The notes below the pieces were generated by a model. That model was not told the DNA's origin. It saw only the letters and a list, made by a program, of their open reading frames with translations, and searched no databases. 64,000 bases of DNA from Dehalococcoidia bacterium (GTDB lineage Bacteria; Chloroflexota; Dehalococcoidia; Lucifugimonadales; Australimonadaceae): contig CBDFJL010000003.1 of assembly GCA_965248495.1 (NCBI GenBank), positions 1,343,966-1,407,965 on the forward strand, given 5' to 3'. Below are positions 48,835 through 60,606 of the stretch, one piece after another (within the stretch, counting starts at the first letter, position 1; each line of letters starts with the position of its first letter). The position numbers and the translations under genes are program-made.

Positions 48835-48962
48835 GCGTGGCAAGGGGAGCCTCCTTATCGGCGGTTGGCGCGCCACATGGTAGCGTCGCCTGCCCCCGGC
48901 GGCACCCGCCTCGCTGTTGCGCCGCCTGGACGGCCGGTGGCCGGGCATGCGATAACGGTGCG

Positions 48963-50339
48963 GTGACGGCCGAATCGAACCCCTATCGGGACCTCCCCAG
49001 CGTCGACAAGGTGCTGGCGGAGCCCGCGCTGGCCCCGCTGCTGGCGGAGTACGCCCACGACGTCATCGTCGATGCGGTCCGCGAGCAGCTTGCCCACGCA
49101 CGAGCGTCGCTCGGTACCGGGAGCGGCGTACCCACGGCGGAAGCCGTGGCCCTGAGCGTCGCGGCCCGTCGCCTCCGAGCGTGGCGGCCCTGGCCGACCC
49201 CCGTCATCAACGCCACCGGCGTCGTCCTCCACACCAACCTCGGCCGCGCGCCGCTCTCCGAGGCAAGCATCCGCGCGGCGGAGTCGTCGGGCGCCTACTC
49301 GGACCTTGAGCTGGACCTTGACGACGGCAAGCGGAGCACGCGCCACCGAGTGCTGGCCGGGCTCCTGCGCGAGCTCACCGGCGCCGAGGACGCCGTCGTC
49401 GTCAACAACAACGCGGGGGCCATGCTGCTTGGCATGGCGGCGATCGCCAGCGGCAAGGAGGTCGTCGTGGCCCGCGGCGAGGCCAGCGAGATCGGCGGCG
49501 GCTTTCGCATCCCCGACGTGCTGCGCCAGGGCGGGGCGCGCCTCGTCGAGGTGGGCACGGTCAACCGGACGTATGCCAGCGACTACGACGAGGCGGTGAC
49601 GGCGGACACGGCAGCCCTGCTGGTAGTCCATCGCAGCAACTTCCAAGTCGTCGGGTTTACGCACGAGCCATCGGTGGCCGAGGTGGCGGCGGTCGCCAAG
49701 GACAAAGGCGTGCCGCTGCTCCACGACCTCGGCAGCGGCGCGCTGATCGACACCACCCCGTTTGGACTCGCCCACGAGTGGACGCCGCAGGAGAGCATCG
49801 CGGCCGGCGCTGGGCTGGTGTTCATTTCGGGCGACAAGCTGCTGGGCGGCCCCCAGGCAGGCATCGTCGTCGGCGAACGAGATCTCGTCGCGCGGCTGGC
49901 GCGCCACCCGCTGGCCCGGCCGCTGCGGGCCGACAAGCTGACGCTGGCGGCGTTGCACGCGACGTTGTTGCACTACCTCCGCGGCGAGGCCCGCGAGGCG
50001 GTGCCCATCTGGCGCATGATCGCGGCGACCGCCGAGCAGATCGAGGCGCGCGCGCGCGCCGTCGCCACGTTGGCCGGGGCGCAGGCCAGCGTTACGCCTG
50101 GCGAGTCGACGGTCGGTGGCGGCAGCCTCCCCGGCGACACGCTGCCGACGTGGCTCGTGAGCCTGGACCCGTCGGGCGTCGATGGCGGCGCCGACGAGCT
50201 GGCGCGCCGGCTGCGCACCGGCGACCCCGCGGTGATGGCGCGAATCGAGGACGACCGCGTGCTGCTCGATGTGAGAACCGTGCTGCCCGTGCAGGACGCC
50301 GCGCTTGCGCCGGCCATCCGCTCCGCGCTCGGGTCCTAG
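48963..50339 (+). CDS. selA: L-seryl-tRNA(Sec) selenium transferase
   Basis: N-terminal YRDLPSVDKVL. PLP-lysine motif ISGDKLLGGPQAGIVVG. ~458 aa from GTG 48963. Confidence 0.8.
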   Translation: MTAESNPYRDLPSVDKVLAEPALAPLLAEYAHDVIVDAVREQLAHARASLGTGSGVPTAEAVALSVAARRLRAWRPWPTPVINATGVVLHTNLGRAPLSEASIRAAESSGAYSDLELDLDDGKRSTRHRVLAGLLRELTGAEDAVVVNNNAGAMLLGMAAIASGKEVVVARGEASEIGGGFRIPDVLRQGGARLVEVGTVNRTYASDYDEAVTADTAALLVVHRSNFQVVGFTHEPSVAEVAAVAKDKGVPLLHDLGSGALIDTTPFGLAHEWTPQESIAAGAGLVFISGDKLLGGPQAGIVVGERDLVARLARHPLARPLRADKLTLAALHATLLHYLRGEAREAVPIWRMIAATAEQIEARARAVATLAGAQASVTPGESTVGGGSLPGDTLPTWLVSLDPSGVDGGADELARRLRTGDPAVMARIEDDRVLLDVRTVLPVQDAALAPAIRSALGS

Positions 50340-51619
50340 ACGCGCAGGCTTCTGAAGCGCGGGTTTAGCATCGTAATCAGCGTGATCGCGGTCAGGCCGA
50401 CCACCGCGCCGGAAACCAGCGCCGTCTGGACACCCCACGCCTCGGCGATGAGGCCCGCGATGAGCCCTCCCAGGGGCATCATGCCGATGTCCATCATGTA
50501 GACGCCCATGACCCGCCCGCGCATCTCATCGGGCGTCATCATTTGAAGCACCGTGTTGTTGGTGGTCATCACGCTCATCTGGAATGCGTTGACGAACACC
50601 AAGATAGCCATGGCCTGCCACAGCACGCTGACCTGGGCGAAGCCGATGATGCCAAGCCCGGCCATGAATAGGGAGACGATGACCAGCCGGCCCTTGTTGC
50701 GGATCTGCGTGAAGGCGGCCATGAGGAAGGTGCCAACGAACCCGCCGATGCCCGCGCCGGTCAGCAACAGACCCAGCGTGCTCCCCTCGCCCGACTTCTG
50801 GCCGAGCACTTCGACAGCGTAGACCGGCATCAGCGTCATGATGAACGACATCATCGTCAGCGTCGGGACCAGTGCCACCAGGATCACGGTCAGTGTGTTC
50901 TTGTCGCCGACCACGTAACGGAAGCCGTCGCGCACGTTCGAAAAGATCGACCGCTTTCGGCTCTCCGAGTGGTCCGACGTGTACTCGGCGCGGAAGGGCA
51001 GGATCATGACCATGACGCCGACGTAGAAGATCCCTTGGATGAGGAAGTTGAGGCCCGGGCCGAAGAACGTGATGAGGAGGCCCCCGACCGCCGGCCCGAA
51101 CACGCGGGTGAAGTTGAATGCCATGGAGTTGAGGGCCACGGCGTTCATCAGCGCTTCACGGGGGACCGAGTTGCTGACCAGGGTCTGCCGCACCGGATTG
51201 TTGATGCTCCAACCCGCGCCGGTCAGGAAGCTGAAGAGGTGCAGATGCCACAGCACGTGGTTGTCGCTCAGGACGATAGCCGAGAACCCCAGCGCCAACA
51301 CCGCGAGGAATGCCTGGTCCAGCAGCATGACCCGGCGGCGGTCGAAGCGGTCGGCGATGGCCCCGGATAGCGGCGCCATCAGCAGCGGCACGGCGCGCAG
51401 GCCAACGACGAGGGACACCTGCAAGGCCGACCCGCTGAGCTCGAAGGCGAGCCATCCCAACGTCACCTGCTGGACCCAGTTGCCCCCGCTCACGAAGAGC
51501 GTGCTGATCCAGAGCAGGCGGAAGTTGCGGTACTGGAATGCGCTGAATGTCTGGTGCCAGCGAGAGCCACGCCGAACGGCGGCGTCTGCTGCGGGTATGC
51601 CCTCGGCTGCTTGGCTCAT
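50336..51619 (-). CDS. MFS transporter
   Basis: 12 predicted TM segments. Start at MSQAAEG (ATG 51619). Its stop overlaps the selA stop (CTAG). Confidence 0.75.
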   Translation of the reverse strand: MSQAAEGIPAADAAVRRGSRWHQTFSAFQYRNFRLLWISTLFVSGGNWVQQVTLGWLAFELSGSALQVSLVVGLRAVPLLMAPLSGAIADRFDRRRVMLLDQAFLAVLALGFSAIVLSDNHVLWHLHLFSFLTGAGWSINNPVRQTLVSNSVPREALMNAVALNSMAFNFTRVFGPAVGGLLITFFGPGLNFLIQGIFYVGVMVMILPFRAEYTSDHSESRKRSIFSNVRDGFRYVVGDKNTLTVILVALVPTLTMMSFIMTLMPVYAVEVLGQKSGEGSTLGLLLTGAGIGGFVGTFLMAAFTQIRNKGRLVIVSLFMAGLGIIGFAQVSVLWQAMAILVFVNAFQMSVMTTNNTVLQMMTPDEMRGRVMGVYMMDIGMMPLGGLIAGLIAEAWGVQTALVSGAVVGLTAITLITMLNPRFRSLRV

Positions 51620-51734
51620 TGAAGCCTGTCCACCAGCACAGCGGACTGTGTCCAAAAGGGGCGCTGGAGGGCGCCATCGAGTCTAGCGATGGACAGTTGC
51701 ACCGTCAACGACATATCAAAGGCATTGCCACGCG

Positions 51735-51764
51735 TTGACGGCCTGCTTGCCTGACCCCTACGAT
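51735..51764 (+). promoter_or_regulatory. candidate promoter for tRNA-Lys
   Basis: TTGACG, an 18-nt spacer, TACGAT. Located 28 nt upstream of the tRNA. It shares TTGACGGCCTGC with 17178-17189. Confidence 0.45.
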
Positions 51765-51792
51765 TGGATGGCGTGCCATCCCGGCGCATCGT

Positions 51793-51868
<76 letters not shown>

Positions 51869-52106
51869 GCCTATCTATTAGGGGCTCTGGGGTGGTACAC
51901 CCTCCGGGCGCCGCCCTGCCGGAGCTATTTGGGTTATTAGAGGGTCGCGGGCGCTCCCGCGAGGCGAAGGGCGGCGATTGGTTGACTGAGGAACCTGGTG
52001 TCCCAGCACGAGGTGGTTGCGCAATCGACTGCGATGCGATTAGAACAGTAATTCGGCCCGCGAAGGCACACTGACCAAGACATACGGCGGTGACGCGAAG
52101 GAGCGA

Positions 52107-55100
52107 TTGGTGGCAGCAGGAGTCTCAAAGGCGCGGCGCAAGGGGCTTTACCGGCCTGAGTTCGAGCACGACGCGTGCGGAGTGGGCGTCGTGGCGAACG
52201 TCAAAGGTATCGCCTCCCACGACATCGTCGAGAAGGGCATCGAGGTGCTGGCGAACCTCGCCCATCGAGGCGCCGCCGGCAGCGACCCCCTGACGGGTGA
52301 CGGAGCGGGCGTGCTGCTCCAGATACCCGATGCCCTCGTACGCCGGGAGACCGCCAGACTAGGCTTCGACCTGCCCGCGCCCGGCGACTACGCTGTTGGC
52401 TCCGTCTTTCTTCCTCGTGACCCCGCCGAGCGTGCTCTTTGCGAAGTGGCGCTTCAGGAAGCGATCGAGGCCGAAGGCCAGCGCGTACTTGGCTGGCGCG
52501 ACGTCCCGGTTGATGCCACCAGCATCGGGCGCGTGGCCCGGGAGTGCCAGCCCGTCATCCGCCAGCTCTTCGTCGGCCGCGGCGCCGGAGTGACCGACAC
52601 TGCCGACTTTGAACGCAAGCTGTTCGTGATCCGCAAGGTGGCCGAGCGCCGCATCAACGAGTCGGAACTCAAGGAGGCGGACAACTTTTACGTCTGCAGC
52701 CTGTCGTCCAAGGTGATCGTGTACAAGGGCCTGCTCATCGCAACGCAGGTCAGGGATTTCTACGCCGACCTGCGCGATCCCGACATGGGCAGCGCATTCG
52801 TGCTGGTGCACTCACGCTTCAGCACCAACACCCTGGGCTCGTGGAAGTTGGCGCACCCGTACCGCTACGTCGTCCACAACGGCGAGATCAACACCCAGCG
52901 CGGCAACGCGAACTGGATGGCGGCCCGCGAGGGCACCATGTCCTCCCCCCTATTCGGCGACGACATGGAGAAGCTGTTCCCGATCATCTGGCCAGGGCAG
53001 AGCGATACCGCGTGCCTGGACAACGCGTTCGAGCTGATGCTTCATACCGGTCGGCCGCTGCACCACGCCATGATGGCGCTGATACCCGAGGCCACCGGCG
53101 AGCGGGTGGCTATGTCGCAGGAGAAGCGGGACTTCTACGAGTTCCACGCGTGCCTGATGGAGCCATGGGACGGGCCCGCACTGGTTGCCTTCACGGACGG
53201 GACACGTGTCGGTGCCGTGCTCGACCGCAACGGCCTGCGTCCTTTCCGCTACCTGGTCACCACCGACGACACGCTGGTCATGGCGTCCGAGGTGGGCGTG
53301 CTGGACGTGCCGCCGGAGAATGTGCGCTTCAAGGAGCGTATCCACCCCGGCCGCATGTTCCTGTTGGACCCCGAGCGCGGCGGTATCGTCGACGACGAGA
53401 CGATCAAGACCGAGCTCTCGCATCGTCAACCCTACGGGGAGTGGTTGCGCGAGAACCAGGTGTACCTGGACACCCAGCCGGAGCCCACGGGCTCTGACGA
53501 CATAGACGACATAGGCGCGCTCGACAGGGCGACGGTGGTCGACCTCCAGCAGGCCTTCGGGTATACGCAGGAGGACTTGAGCATACTCCTGGAGCCGATG
53601 GCGGCCCACGGCGCTGAGCCGATCGGTTCAATGGGCAACGACATACCGCTCGCGGTGCTCTCGGAGCACCCACAGCTGCTATTCAGCTACTTCAAGCAGT
53701 GCTTCGCGCAGGTCAGCAACCCACCGCTCGACGGCATCCGCGAGGAGCTCGTCACCTCGGTGACCATGCGGCTCGGCGCGCAGCGAAACCTCTTTGAGGA
53801 GACCCCAGAGCACTCGCGCCAGGTCAGGATCAGCAGCCCGATTCTTACCAACGGTGACCTCCGGAAGCTCCGTGAAGTGAACGCCCCGGGGATCAAGAGC
53901 ATTACCCTTTCGACGCTGTTTCCAGTGGACGGTGGGGAGGGCGCGCTGCGGCGTGCCATGGACGAGCTGTGCGGGAAGGCGTCCGCGGCCATCGACCAGG
54001 GCCACAGCATCATCATCCTTTCGGACCGCGGCGTTGACGCCGCCCATGCGGCCATACCCAGCCTGCTGGCGGTCTCGGGCGTACACCACCACCTGATCAG
54101 GGAGGGCACCCGCACGCGTGCCGGCCTCGTGCTGGAGTCAGGCGAGCCACGGGAGGTCGCACACCTCGCGCTGCTCATCGGTTACGGCGCCAGCGCGGTC
54201 AACCCCTACCTGGCCTACGAGACGCTGAAGAACCTGACAGGCCAGGACGCGTTCAGCGGAAGTCTGGACGCCGAGACGGTGGAGAAAAACTACATCAAAG
54301 CCGCCAACAAGGGCCTGGTGAAGATCATCTCCAAGATGGGTATCTCCACGGTCCACAGCTACCACGGCGCACAGATATTCGAGGCGGTCGGCCTGAGCCA
54401 GGAGCTGATCGATCAGTACTTCACGTGGACTCCATCACGGATCGGCGGCATCGGACTCCACGCGCTCGAGCACGACGTGCTGGCGCTGCACCACCGGGCC
54501 TTCCCCCCGGCGGAGGTTGCCGCGAAGCAGGAGCTGCCATCGGGCGGCGTCTATCACTGGCGGCGTGACGGCGAGTACCACATGTGGAACCCCGACACCG
54601 TCGCCAAGCTCCAGTACGCGTCCCGCATGAACGACGCTGGCGCCTACGAGGCGTTTTCGGCGCTGGCCAATGACTACGAGCGGCGCCTCTGCACGCTGCG
54701 GGGTCTGCTGGACCTCAAGCTGGCGGACACGCCGGTCCCCATCGATGAGGTCGAGCCGGTCGGCGAAATCCTCAAGCGTTTCGCCACCGGCGCCATCTCC
54801 CTCGGTGCCATCAGCCGTGAGGCGCACGAGACCTTGGCCATCGCCATGAACCGCATCGGCGCGCGCTCCAACAGCGGCGAGGGCGGCGAGGACTACCATC
54901 GCTACACGGCGGACGCCAACGGCGATCAGCGCTACAGCGCCGTGAAGCAGGTCGCTTCCGGCCGCTTCGGCGTGACCACCAACTACCTCGTGAACTCAAC
55001 CGACCTCCAGATCAAGATGGCCCAAGGGGCCAAGCCTGGAGAGGGCGGTCAGTTGCCCGGCCACAAGGTGGACGAGTACATCGGCTGGATACGCCACTCA

Positions 55101-56675
55101 ACGCCAGGGGTCGAGCTGATCTCGCCGCCGCCCCACCACGACATCTATTCCATCGAGGACCTGGCGCAGCTGATCCACGACCTCAAGAATGTGAACCCGA
55201 CCGCCCGCATCCACGTGAAGCTGGTCGCGGAGGTTGGCGTCGGGACCATCGCGGCGGGTGTCTCCAAGGCCCACGGCGACGTGGTGCTCATCAGCGGTGA
55301 CTCCGGCGGCACGGGCGCCTCGCCTGAGTCGTCCATCCGGCACGCGGGGCTCCCGTGGGAGCTCGGCATCGCCGAGACGCAGCAGGTGCTGGTGGCGAAC
55401 GACCTGCGCGGACGTATCGTGGTGCAGGCGGACGGTCAGATAAAGACCGGGAGGGATGTCGCGATGGCGTGCCTCCTGGGCGCCGAGGAGTTCGGCATCG
55501 CAACCGCGGCCCTGATCACCCAGGGCTGCATCATGCTGCGCAAATGCCACCTCAACACCTGCTCGGTGGGGGTCGCGACCCAGGACCCCGAGCTCCGCAA
55601 GCACTTCACGGGCGAGCCCGAGCACCTCATCAACTACTTCACCTTCGTGGCCGAGGAGCTGCGGGAGATCATGGCTCAGCTGGGCTTCCGCACGGTCGAC
55701 GAGATGGTCGGCCGGGTGGACCGTCTGGAGACCGGCAAGGCGATCGAGCACTGGTGGAAGACCAAGGGCATCGATCTCAGCGAGCTGCTCGTATGGCCCG
55801 AGGCCCCCGAGTCGGTGGCCCGCCACCACAACATCAGCCAGGACCACGGCCTCGACAGGGCCCTGGACCACCAGCTTATCGAGCTGTCCAAGCCGGCGCT
55901 GGAGCACCAGGCGCCCGTCACCATCGACCTGCCCATCAGCAACGCCAACCGCACGGTCGGCGCCATGCTCAGCGGCGAGGTCGCCCGGCGGTACGCCGAG
56001 GACGGGCTGCCGCCGAACACCATCAACGTCAACTTCACCGGCTCGGCTGGGCAGAGCTTCGCGGCCTTCCTGGCCAAGGGCATCTCCTTCACTCTGGAGG
56101 GGGACGCGAACGACTATTTCGCAAAAGGCCAGTCAGGCGGCCGTCTGGTGTTGGTCCCACCCAAGGGAACGACCTACGTGCCGGAGGAGAACATCATCGT
56201 CGGCAACGTGGCCCTCTACGGAGCCACCGATGGCGAGGCATTCATCCGCGGCATGGCCGGTGAGCGCTTCTGCGTCCGCAATAGCGGCGCCCGCGCGGTG
56301 GTCGAGGGCGTCGGTGACCATGGCGCCGAGTACATGACCAACGGACGCGTGGTCGTGCTCGGCCCCACGGGCCGCAACTTCGCCGCGGGGATGAGCGGAG
56401 GCATCGCCTACGTCTTGGACGAGACGGGTGACTTCTCCGACCGCTGCAACCAGGAGATGGTCGACCTCGAGCCGGTGGTGGACGTGGAGGACGCGGATGA
56501 GCTGCGCGGCCTCATCCAGCACCACCTCGACCACACGGGCTCCGCCAACGCCAAGCGGGTACTGGACGCGTGGGACGAGTTCCTGCCCAAGTTCGTCAAG
56601 GTCTACCCTCAGGATTACCGGCGCGTCGTGGAAGCCCACAAGCGCGCAGAGTCGGAGATCGGCGCCAGTGGGTAA
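52107..56675 (+). CDS. gltB: glutamate synthase large subunit
   Basis: 1522 aa. Ntn amidotransferase Cys ([11 protein letters not shown]), FMN-binding central domain and a C-terminal GXGXG domain. Confidence 0.95.
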   Translation: MVAAGVSKARRKGLYRPEFEHDACGVGVVANVKGIASHDIVEKGIEVLANLAHRGAAGSDPLTGDGAGVLLQIPDALVRRETARLGFDLPAPGDYAVGSVFLPRDPAERALCEVALQEAIEAEGQRVLGWRDVPVDATSIGRVARECQPVIRQLFVGRGAGVTDTADFERKLFVIRKVAERRINESELKEADNFYVCSLSSKVIVYKGLLIATQVRDFYADLRDPDMGSAFVLVHSRFSTNTLGSWKLAHPYRYVVHNGEINTQRGNANWMAAREGTMSSPLFGDDMEKLFPIIWPGQSDTACLDNAFELMLHTGRPLHHAMMALIPEATGERVAMSQEKRDFYEFHACLMEPWDGPALVAFTDGTRVGAVLDRNGLRPFRYLVTTDDTLVMASEVGVLDVPPENVRFKERIHPGRMFLLDPERGGIVDDETIKTELSHRQPYGEWLRENQVYLDTQPEPTGSDDIDDIGALDRATVVDLQQAFGYTQEDLSILLEPMAAHGAEPIGSMGNDIPLAVLSEHPQLLFSYFKQCFAQVSNPPLDGIREELVTSVTMRLGAQRNLFEETPEHSRQVRISSPILTNGDLRKLREVNAPGIKSITLSTLFPVDGGEGALRRAMDELCGKASAAIDQGHSIIILSDRGVDAAHAAIPSLLAVSGVHHHLIREGTRTRAGLVLESGEPREVAHLALLIGYGASAVNPYLAYETLKNLTGQDAFSGSLDAETVEKNYIKAANKGLVKIISKMGISTVHSYHGAQIFEAVGLSQELIDQYFTWTPSRIGGIGLHALEHDVLALHHRAFPPAEVAAKQELPSGGVYHWRRDGEYHMWNPDTVAKLQYASRMNDAGAYEAFSALANDYERRLCTLRGLLDLKLADTPVPIDEVEPVGEILKRFATGAISLGAISREAHETLAIAMNRIGARSNSGEGGEDYHRYTADANGDQRYSAVKQVASGRFGVTTNYLVNSTDLQIKMAQGAKPGEGGQLPGHKVDEYIGWIRHSTPGVELISPPPHHDIYSIEDLAQLIHDLKNVNPTARIHVKLVAEVGVGTIAAGVSKAHGDVVLISGDSGGTGASPESSIRHAGLPWELGIAETQQVLVANDLRGRIVVQADGQIKTGRDVAMACLLGAEEFGIATAALITQGCIMLRKCHLNTCSVGVATQDPELRKHFTGEPEHLINYFTFVAEELREIMAQLGFRTVDEMVGRVDRLETGKAIEHWWKTKGIDLSELLVWPEAPESVARHHNISQDHGLDRALDHQLIELSKPALEHQAPVTIDLPISNANRTVGAMLSGEVARRYAEDGLPPNTINVNFTGSAGQSFAAFLAKGISFTLEGDANDYFAKGQSGGRLVLVPPKGTTYVPEENIIVGNVALYGATDGEAFIRGMAGERFCVRNSGARAVVEGVGDHGAEYMTNGRVVVLGPTGRNFAAGMSGGIAYVLDETGDFSDRCNQEMVDLEPVVDVEDADELRGLIQHHLDHTGSANAKRVLDAWDEFLPKFVKVYPQDYRRVVEAHKRAESEIGASG

Positions 56676-58131
56676 GGTCAGCGGCTTCATGGAGTTCGAC
56701 CGTGAGCCGCCGGAACGCCGACCGATCACCGAACGCACGAAGGACTTCCAGGAGGTCTACCTGGCGTGGCCGGAGCAGCAGGCACGTGACCAGGGCGCTC
56801 GCTGCATGAGCTGCGCCTTGCCCTTTTGCCACATGGGCTGCCCGCTCGGCAACCTGATCCCTGACTGGAACGACCTCGTCTACCGTGGCCGTTGGCGTGA
56901 GGCGCTAGGCGCCCTGCACGCCACCAACAACTTCCCGGAGTTCACCGGCCGCATCTGCCCGGCGCCTTGCGAGGCGTCCTGCGTCCTGGCCGTCAACGAC
57001 GAGCCCGTGACCATCGAGTACATCGAAAAGGCCATCGTCGATCGTGGATTCGAAGAGGGCTGGATCACGCCGGAGCCACCGGCAAAGCGGACCGGCAAGC
57101 GCGTCGCGGTCGTGGGCTCCGGCCCAGCGGGCCTTGCCGCCGCGCAGCAGCTGAACCGCGCGGGGCACCTCGTCACCGTGTTCGAGCGAAGCGAGGTCGT
57201 CGGCGGCCTGCTCTCGCTGGGGATCCCCGACTTCAAGCTGGACAAGTCCGTCGTCAGCCGGCGTGTCGATGTCATGGCGGCGGAGGGCATCGAGTTCCGC
57301 ACCGGGTGCGACGTGGGCGTCGACCTCAGCGTCGAGGAGCTGCGCTCAGGGTTCGACGCCATCTGCCTGGCTGGAGGATCGACCATCGCCCGCAGGCTCG
57401 GTGTTCCCGGCGAGGAGCTCGACGGCGTCCACCTGGCGATGGACTACTTGCCGCAGCAAAACAGACTCAACCGAGGCGAGTCGGTGCCCGACGGCGACCG
57501 CATCTCCGCCGAGGGCAAGCGGGTCGTCATTCTCGGTGGAGGCGACACGGGAGCGGACTGCCTGGGCACGGCCCACCGCCAAGGCGCCGAGGTCGTCTAC
57601 CAGTACGAGATCCTGCCCGAGCCGCCGAAGGAGCGGGCATCGAGCAACCCCTGGCCCCTCTGGCCGCTGGTCCTGCGCACGTCCCCCGCCCACGAAGAGG
57701 GCGGCATACGCGACTACAACATCCTGACCACGTCCTTTTCGGGGGACGACGGCCATGTGAAGAAGCTGCACGGTGTGCGGATTGAGTGGGGTGCGCCCGA
57801 CGCCACCGGTCGGCCGAGCATGAACGAAGTGCCGGGCAGCGAGTTCGAGATCGAGGCGGACCTTGTGCTCCTTGCCCTGGGCTTCCTGCACCCCCAGCGC
57901 GAGGGCGTGTTGGAGCAGCTCGGCGTCGAGCTCGACGGCCGTGGCAACGTTAAGACCACCGAGGAGAAGATGACCAGCGTCTCGGGCGTCTTCGCCGCGG
58001 GCGACATGGCCCGTGGCCAGTCGCTGGTGGTCTGGGCCATCGCCGAAGGCCGGCAGGCGGCTTACGGCATCGACAGGTTCCTAATGGGCGCGACGGAGCT
58101 GCCGAGCGTGAGCCTGGCGGGCTGGGCCTAA
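56668..58131 (+). CDS. gltD: glutamate synthase small subunit (NADPH)
   Basis: [14 protein letters not shown]-terminus from GTG 56668 (8-nt overlap with gltB). Fe-S Cys clusters. [10 protein letters not shown] dinucleotide fold. The ORF-track start at 56428 lies inside gltB. Confidence 0.9.
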   Translation: MGKVSGFMEFDREPPERRPITERTKDFQEVYLAWPEQQARDQGARCMSCALPFCHMGCPLGNLIPDWNDLVYRGRWREALGALHATNNFPEFTGRICPAPCEASCVLAVNDEPVTIEYIEKAIVDRGFEEGWITPEPPAKRTGKRVAVVGSGPAGLAAAQQLNRAGHLVTVFERSEVVGGLLSLGIPDFKLDKSVVSRRVDVMAAEGIEFRTGCDVGVDLSVEELRSGFDAICLAGGSTIARRLGVPGEELDGVHLAMDYLPQQNRLNRGESVPDGDRISAEGKRVVILGGGDTGADCLGTAHRQGAEVVYQYEILPEPPKERASSNPWPLWPLVLRTSPAHEEGGIRDYNILTTSFSGDDGHVKKLHGVRIEWGAPDATGRPSMNEVPGSEFEIEADLVLLALGFLHPQREGVLEQLGVELDGRGNVKTTEEKMTSVSGVFAAGDMARGQSLVVWAIAEGRQAAYGIDRFLMGATELPSVSLAGWA

Positions 58132-58136
58132 CAAAA

Positions 58137-58170
58137 AGACCGGGCAGTGCGTTTCCGCACCACCCGGTCT
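58137..58170. terminator. bidirectional stem-loop between gltD and the Rieske gene
   Basis: AGACCGGG-ca-GTGCG-tttc-CGCAC-ca-CCCGGTCT, preceded by an A-tract. Confidence 0.55.
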
Positions 58171-58195
58171 GCTTACCGACGATGAGTCCTGGCGG

Positions 58196-59494
58196 CTACT
58201 CCTTGCCGCGCATGTAGTCGTCCCGGTCGATACGCTGAAAGTTCCCACGCGTCTGGATGCCACGGGCCTCGCGGGCGACCAGCTTGCGCCACTCCACGAT
58301 GGCGTAGTCGGCCCGGTACAGACGCTCGCGGTGCCAGAAGTCCTCGTACTGGTAGGCGTGGTGCGACGACTCCCGGCCGAGGATGTCGAAGTTATTGAAG
58401 CCTTGCGGCTCCACGCCAGGCTCGGTAAACACGTCGCTTGCCAACGTCTCCTCGACCTCCTTGCGGAAGGCCTCGGCCTCCTCGCGCGTGTTGCACTGCT
58501 TGCCCTGGATGATCGTGTACATGTGGTAGTCCTCGTCGACGGGGACGTACCACTCCCAGTGATAGAGGTCAGGCCGGGGGAAGCCCTTTACGTCCAGTTG
58601 GCAGGGGAGGAACGGGCCGAAGGTGTCCGGGTAGAAGGACACGTTGTCCGGGTCCTTGTCCGGAGTCGCCGTGAACACCTGTGACATGTCGGGGATGTTG
58701 TCGGGGTCGACACCCGGCGGAGCGACCATCACGCCCTCGACCTCGGCCACCCACGCGTTGATGGACGATCGGACCAGCATGCCGACGGGCTTGCCCGGCT
58801 CGTTGACCATCTTGATCTCGCCACGGTTCGCGGAGCGGGTGCCCATGGGAAGCACGGCCCCGTAGCGCTGCGCGGCCGCCCAGTTGCGGTGGCCGTAGAT
58901 GTGGCCCGTGTCGTAGCCGTTCTCCACCGCCAGACGCCAGTTCGCCTTGATCAGGCGGCGCATCAGCGGGTACGCCACGAGGTTCGGCTCCAGGAACGTG
59001 GGCATGACGTCGTGCTTGAGCGGGACCACGGGGACGCCGTCGCCGATGTAGACGAAGATCGCTCCGTTGAGCTCGTCGCAGTGGTAGGTCTGGATCGTTA
59101 TCTTGCCGATCACCGGGCTGCCCGGATCGGACATGACCTGGACCAGCGACCCGTCGCGGACGTCGAAGGTGAAGCCGTGCAGGAAGCAGGAGACGGTGTT
59201 CTCCGAGTAGCACTCGGGCCTATGGGAGAATGTCGAACCCCGGTGCGGGCAGCGATCCGCAATGCCGTACACCTTGCCCTTGACGCGCTTGAACAGAATG
59301 CGCTCGCCGCAGATGACGGCGTTGTTGGTCTTGCCCTCCTCCAGCTCGTGGGAGAAGAGCGCCGGGTACCAGTACTCGCGCAGCCCGAGCTCGGCGTCGA
59401 GGTAGCGCTGGTACGGCCGGAAGTGCTCGTGGCCCGCCTCCTCCTCGTGCCCGACCTCTACGAGAATCTCTTCCTGTTCTCGCTCCTTGACCAT
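58196..59494 (-). CDS. Rieske [2Fe-2S] oxygenase, alpha-subunit-like
   Basis: CPHRG...CFLHGF Rieske motif. NGYDTGHIYGH iron motif. 432 aa. No partner subunits adjacent. Confidence 0.75.
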   Translation of the reverse strand: MVKEREQEEILVEVGHEEEAGHEHFRPYQRYLDAELGLREYWYPALFSHELEEGKTNNAVICGERILFKRVKGKVYGIADRCPHRGSTFSHRPECYSENTVSCFLHGFTFDVRDGSLVQVMSDPGSPVIGKITIQTYHCDELNGAIFVYIGDGVPVVPLKHDVMPTFLEPNLVAYPLMRRLIKANWRLAVENGYDTGHIYGHRNWAAAQRYGAVLPMGTRSANRGEIKMVNEPGKPVGMLVRSSINAWVAEVEGVMVAPPGVDPDNIPDMSQVFTATPDKDPDNVSFYPDTFGPFLPCQLDVKGFPRPDLYHWEWYVPVDEDYHMYTIIQGKQCNTREEAEAFRKEVEETLASDVFTEPGVEPQGFNNFDILGRESSHHAYQYEDFWHRERLYRADYAIVEWRKLVAREARGIQTRGNFQRIDRDDYMRGKE

Positions 59495-59640
59495 GACACC
59501 CTCCGTCTCTTGTGGTCTGTTTTTTCGTGCGTGTGTATCCGAAATTGGGCCAAACCATACCTCACCCTGGCGACACCGCGCCCGCGGTCGTCACACGGTT
59601 GTGTCTGCGCCGAAAGAGTGGTTGCTGGTATGGTCGCGCC

Positions 59641-60366
59641 ATGGCAACTCTCGACGGACCCCAGCGCGACCCGAGGAGCGGCGGCAACGCCGAGAGCTTC
59701 GTGATCCTCCTGCACGGTCTGAGCTCGTGCGGCGACGACATGATGTTCCTGGCCGACGGCCTCGCCGACGCGCTACCGAACGCGAAGTTCTATGCGCCCA
59801 ACGCTCCATATCCGTACGACTTCGCCAACGATCCCAAGTCGAACCGAGGGGCCGACTTCGACCCCGCCGGCCATTACCAGTGGTACAACCGCTTCTCGGA
59901 GCGGACGCGGCAGCAAGGGCTCTACGAGATCGCCGAGCCCGTCAACGCCTTCATCGCGGAGTGCGCCAAGGAGAACGGCCTCGACGAGTCGCGTGGCGCT
60001 GTCATTGGTCACTCGCAGGGGTGCATCACGGCGCTCAACGTCGTGCCGCGGCGCTCGTCACCGCTCGGTGCCCTGGTCGCGCACAGCGGTTACCTCTTCT
60101 CGCCGGACTCGTTGCCCCAGCGCAAGACGCAGCGCGAGCGCTTCTTCACCGAGGTCGGGAGCCACACGCCGACTTGTGGAATTCACGGGACCGAAGACCC
60201 CGCCCAGGCGTGGCAGATGATGCACGAGTCGATCATGACCTACCTCGAGGCCGGCATCCCCTCCGAGTTTCACCTCATCGGCGGCCTCGGTCATGCCATC
60301 GGCGAACGCTCGATCGCGATCATGTCGTCGTTCCTGCAGGAGCACCTCCCGCCTCAGGCGGTCTGA
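59641..60366 (+). CDS. phospholipase/carboxylesterase-family alpha/beta hydrolase
   Basis: ILLHGLSS oxyanion region, GHSQG nucleophile, IHGTEDP. ATG 59641. Confidence 0.7.
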   Translation: MATLDGPQRDPRSGGNAESFVILLHGLSSCGDDMMFLADGLADALPNAKFYAPNAPYPYDFANDPKSNRGADFDPAGHYQWYNRFSERTRQQGLYEIAEPVNAFIAECAKENGLDESRGAVIGHSQGCITALNVVPRRSSPLGALVAHSGYLFSPDSLPQRKTQRERFFTEVGSHTPTCGIHGTEDPAQAWQMMHESIMTYLEAGIPSEFHLIGGLGHAIGERSIAIMSSFLQEHLPPQAV

Positions 60367-60465
60367 TCTGGCAGACCTAGCGTCAGCTGTCCCGTCCATG
60401 CCCACCCCGGAAGGTGTCCCGCCTCCGGTACGGGGACGCTTGCCTTACCCGGCGGCGCCGCGGGG

Positions 60466-60484
60466 CCCTTCGGCTACGCTCAGG
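60466..60484 (-). repeat. second copy of the short dispersed motif CCTGAGCG(A/T)AGCCG(C/A)AGGG
   Basis: The reverse complement of 60466-60484 is CCTGAGCGTAGCCGAAGGG, compared with 13397-13415 CCTGAGCGAAGCCGCAGGG (17/19). Confidence 0.5.
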
Positions 60485-60606
60485 ACAGGCTCCGCGGGCG
60501 GGCAGACCTGGTTCAGACGCCAGCCCGAGTTTGCCTAGGCCCGCTTGAGACGCACTGCCTGGCTGAGGCATGCTCGGGGTGTAAACAACCTCTGTGGGAA
60601 CTACGC

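Noticed and set aside
51869-52106. A possible nitrogen-regulator (TnrA/GlnR or NtcA-type) site or riboswitch upstream of gltB.
   Set aside because: I found only a 7-bp hairpin (TCGCGGG-cgct-CCCGCGA) and no convincing TGTNA-N7-TNACA or GTA-N8-TAC match.
56428-58131. A 567-aa version of GltD starting inside gltB.
   Set aside because: The first 80 codons are an alternate frame of the gltB C-terminus. The canonical GltD N-terminus ([11 protein letters not shown]) begins at GTG 56668.
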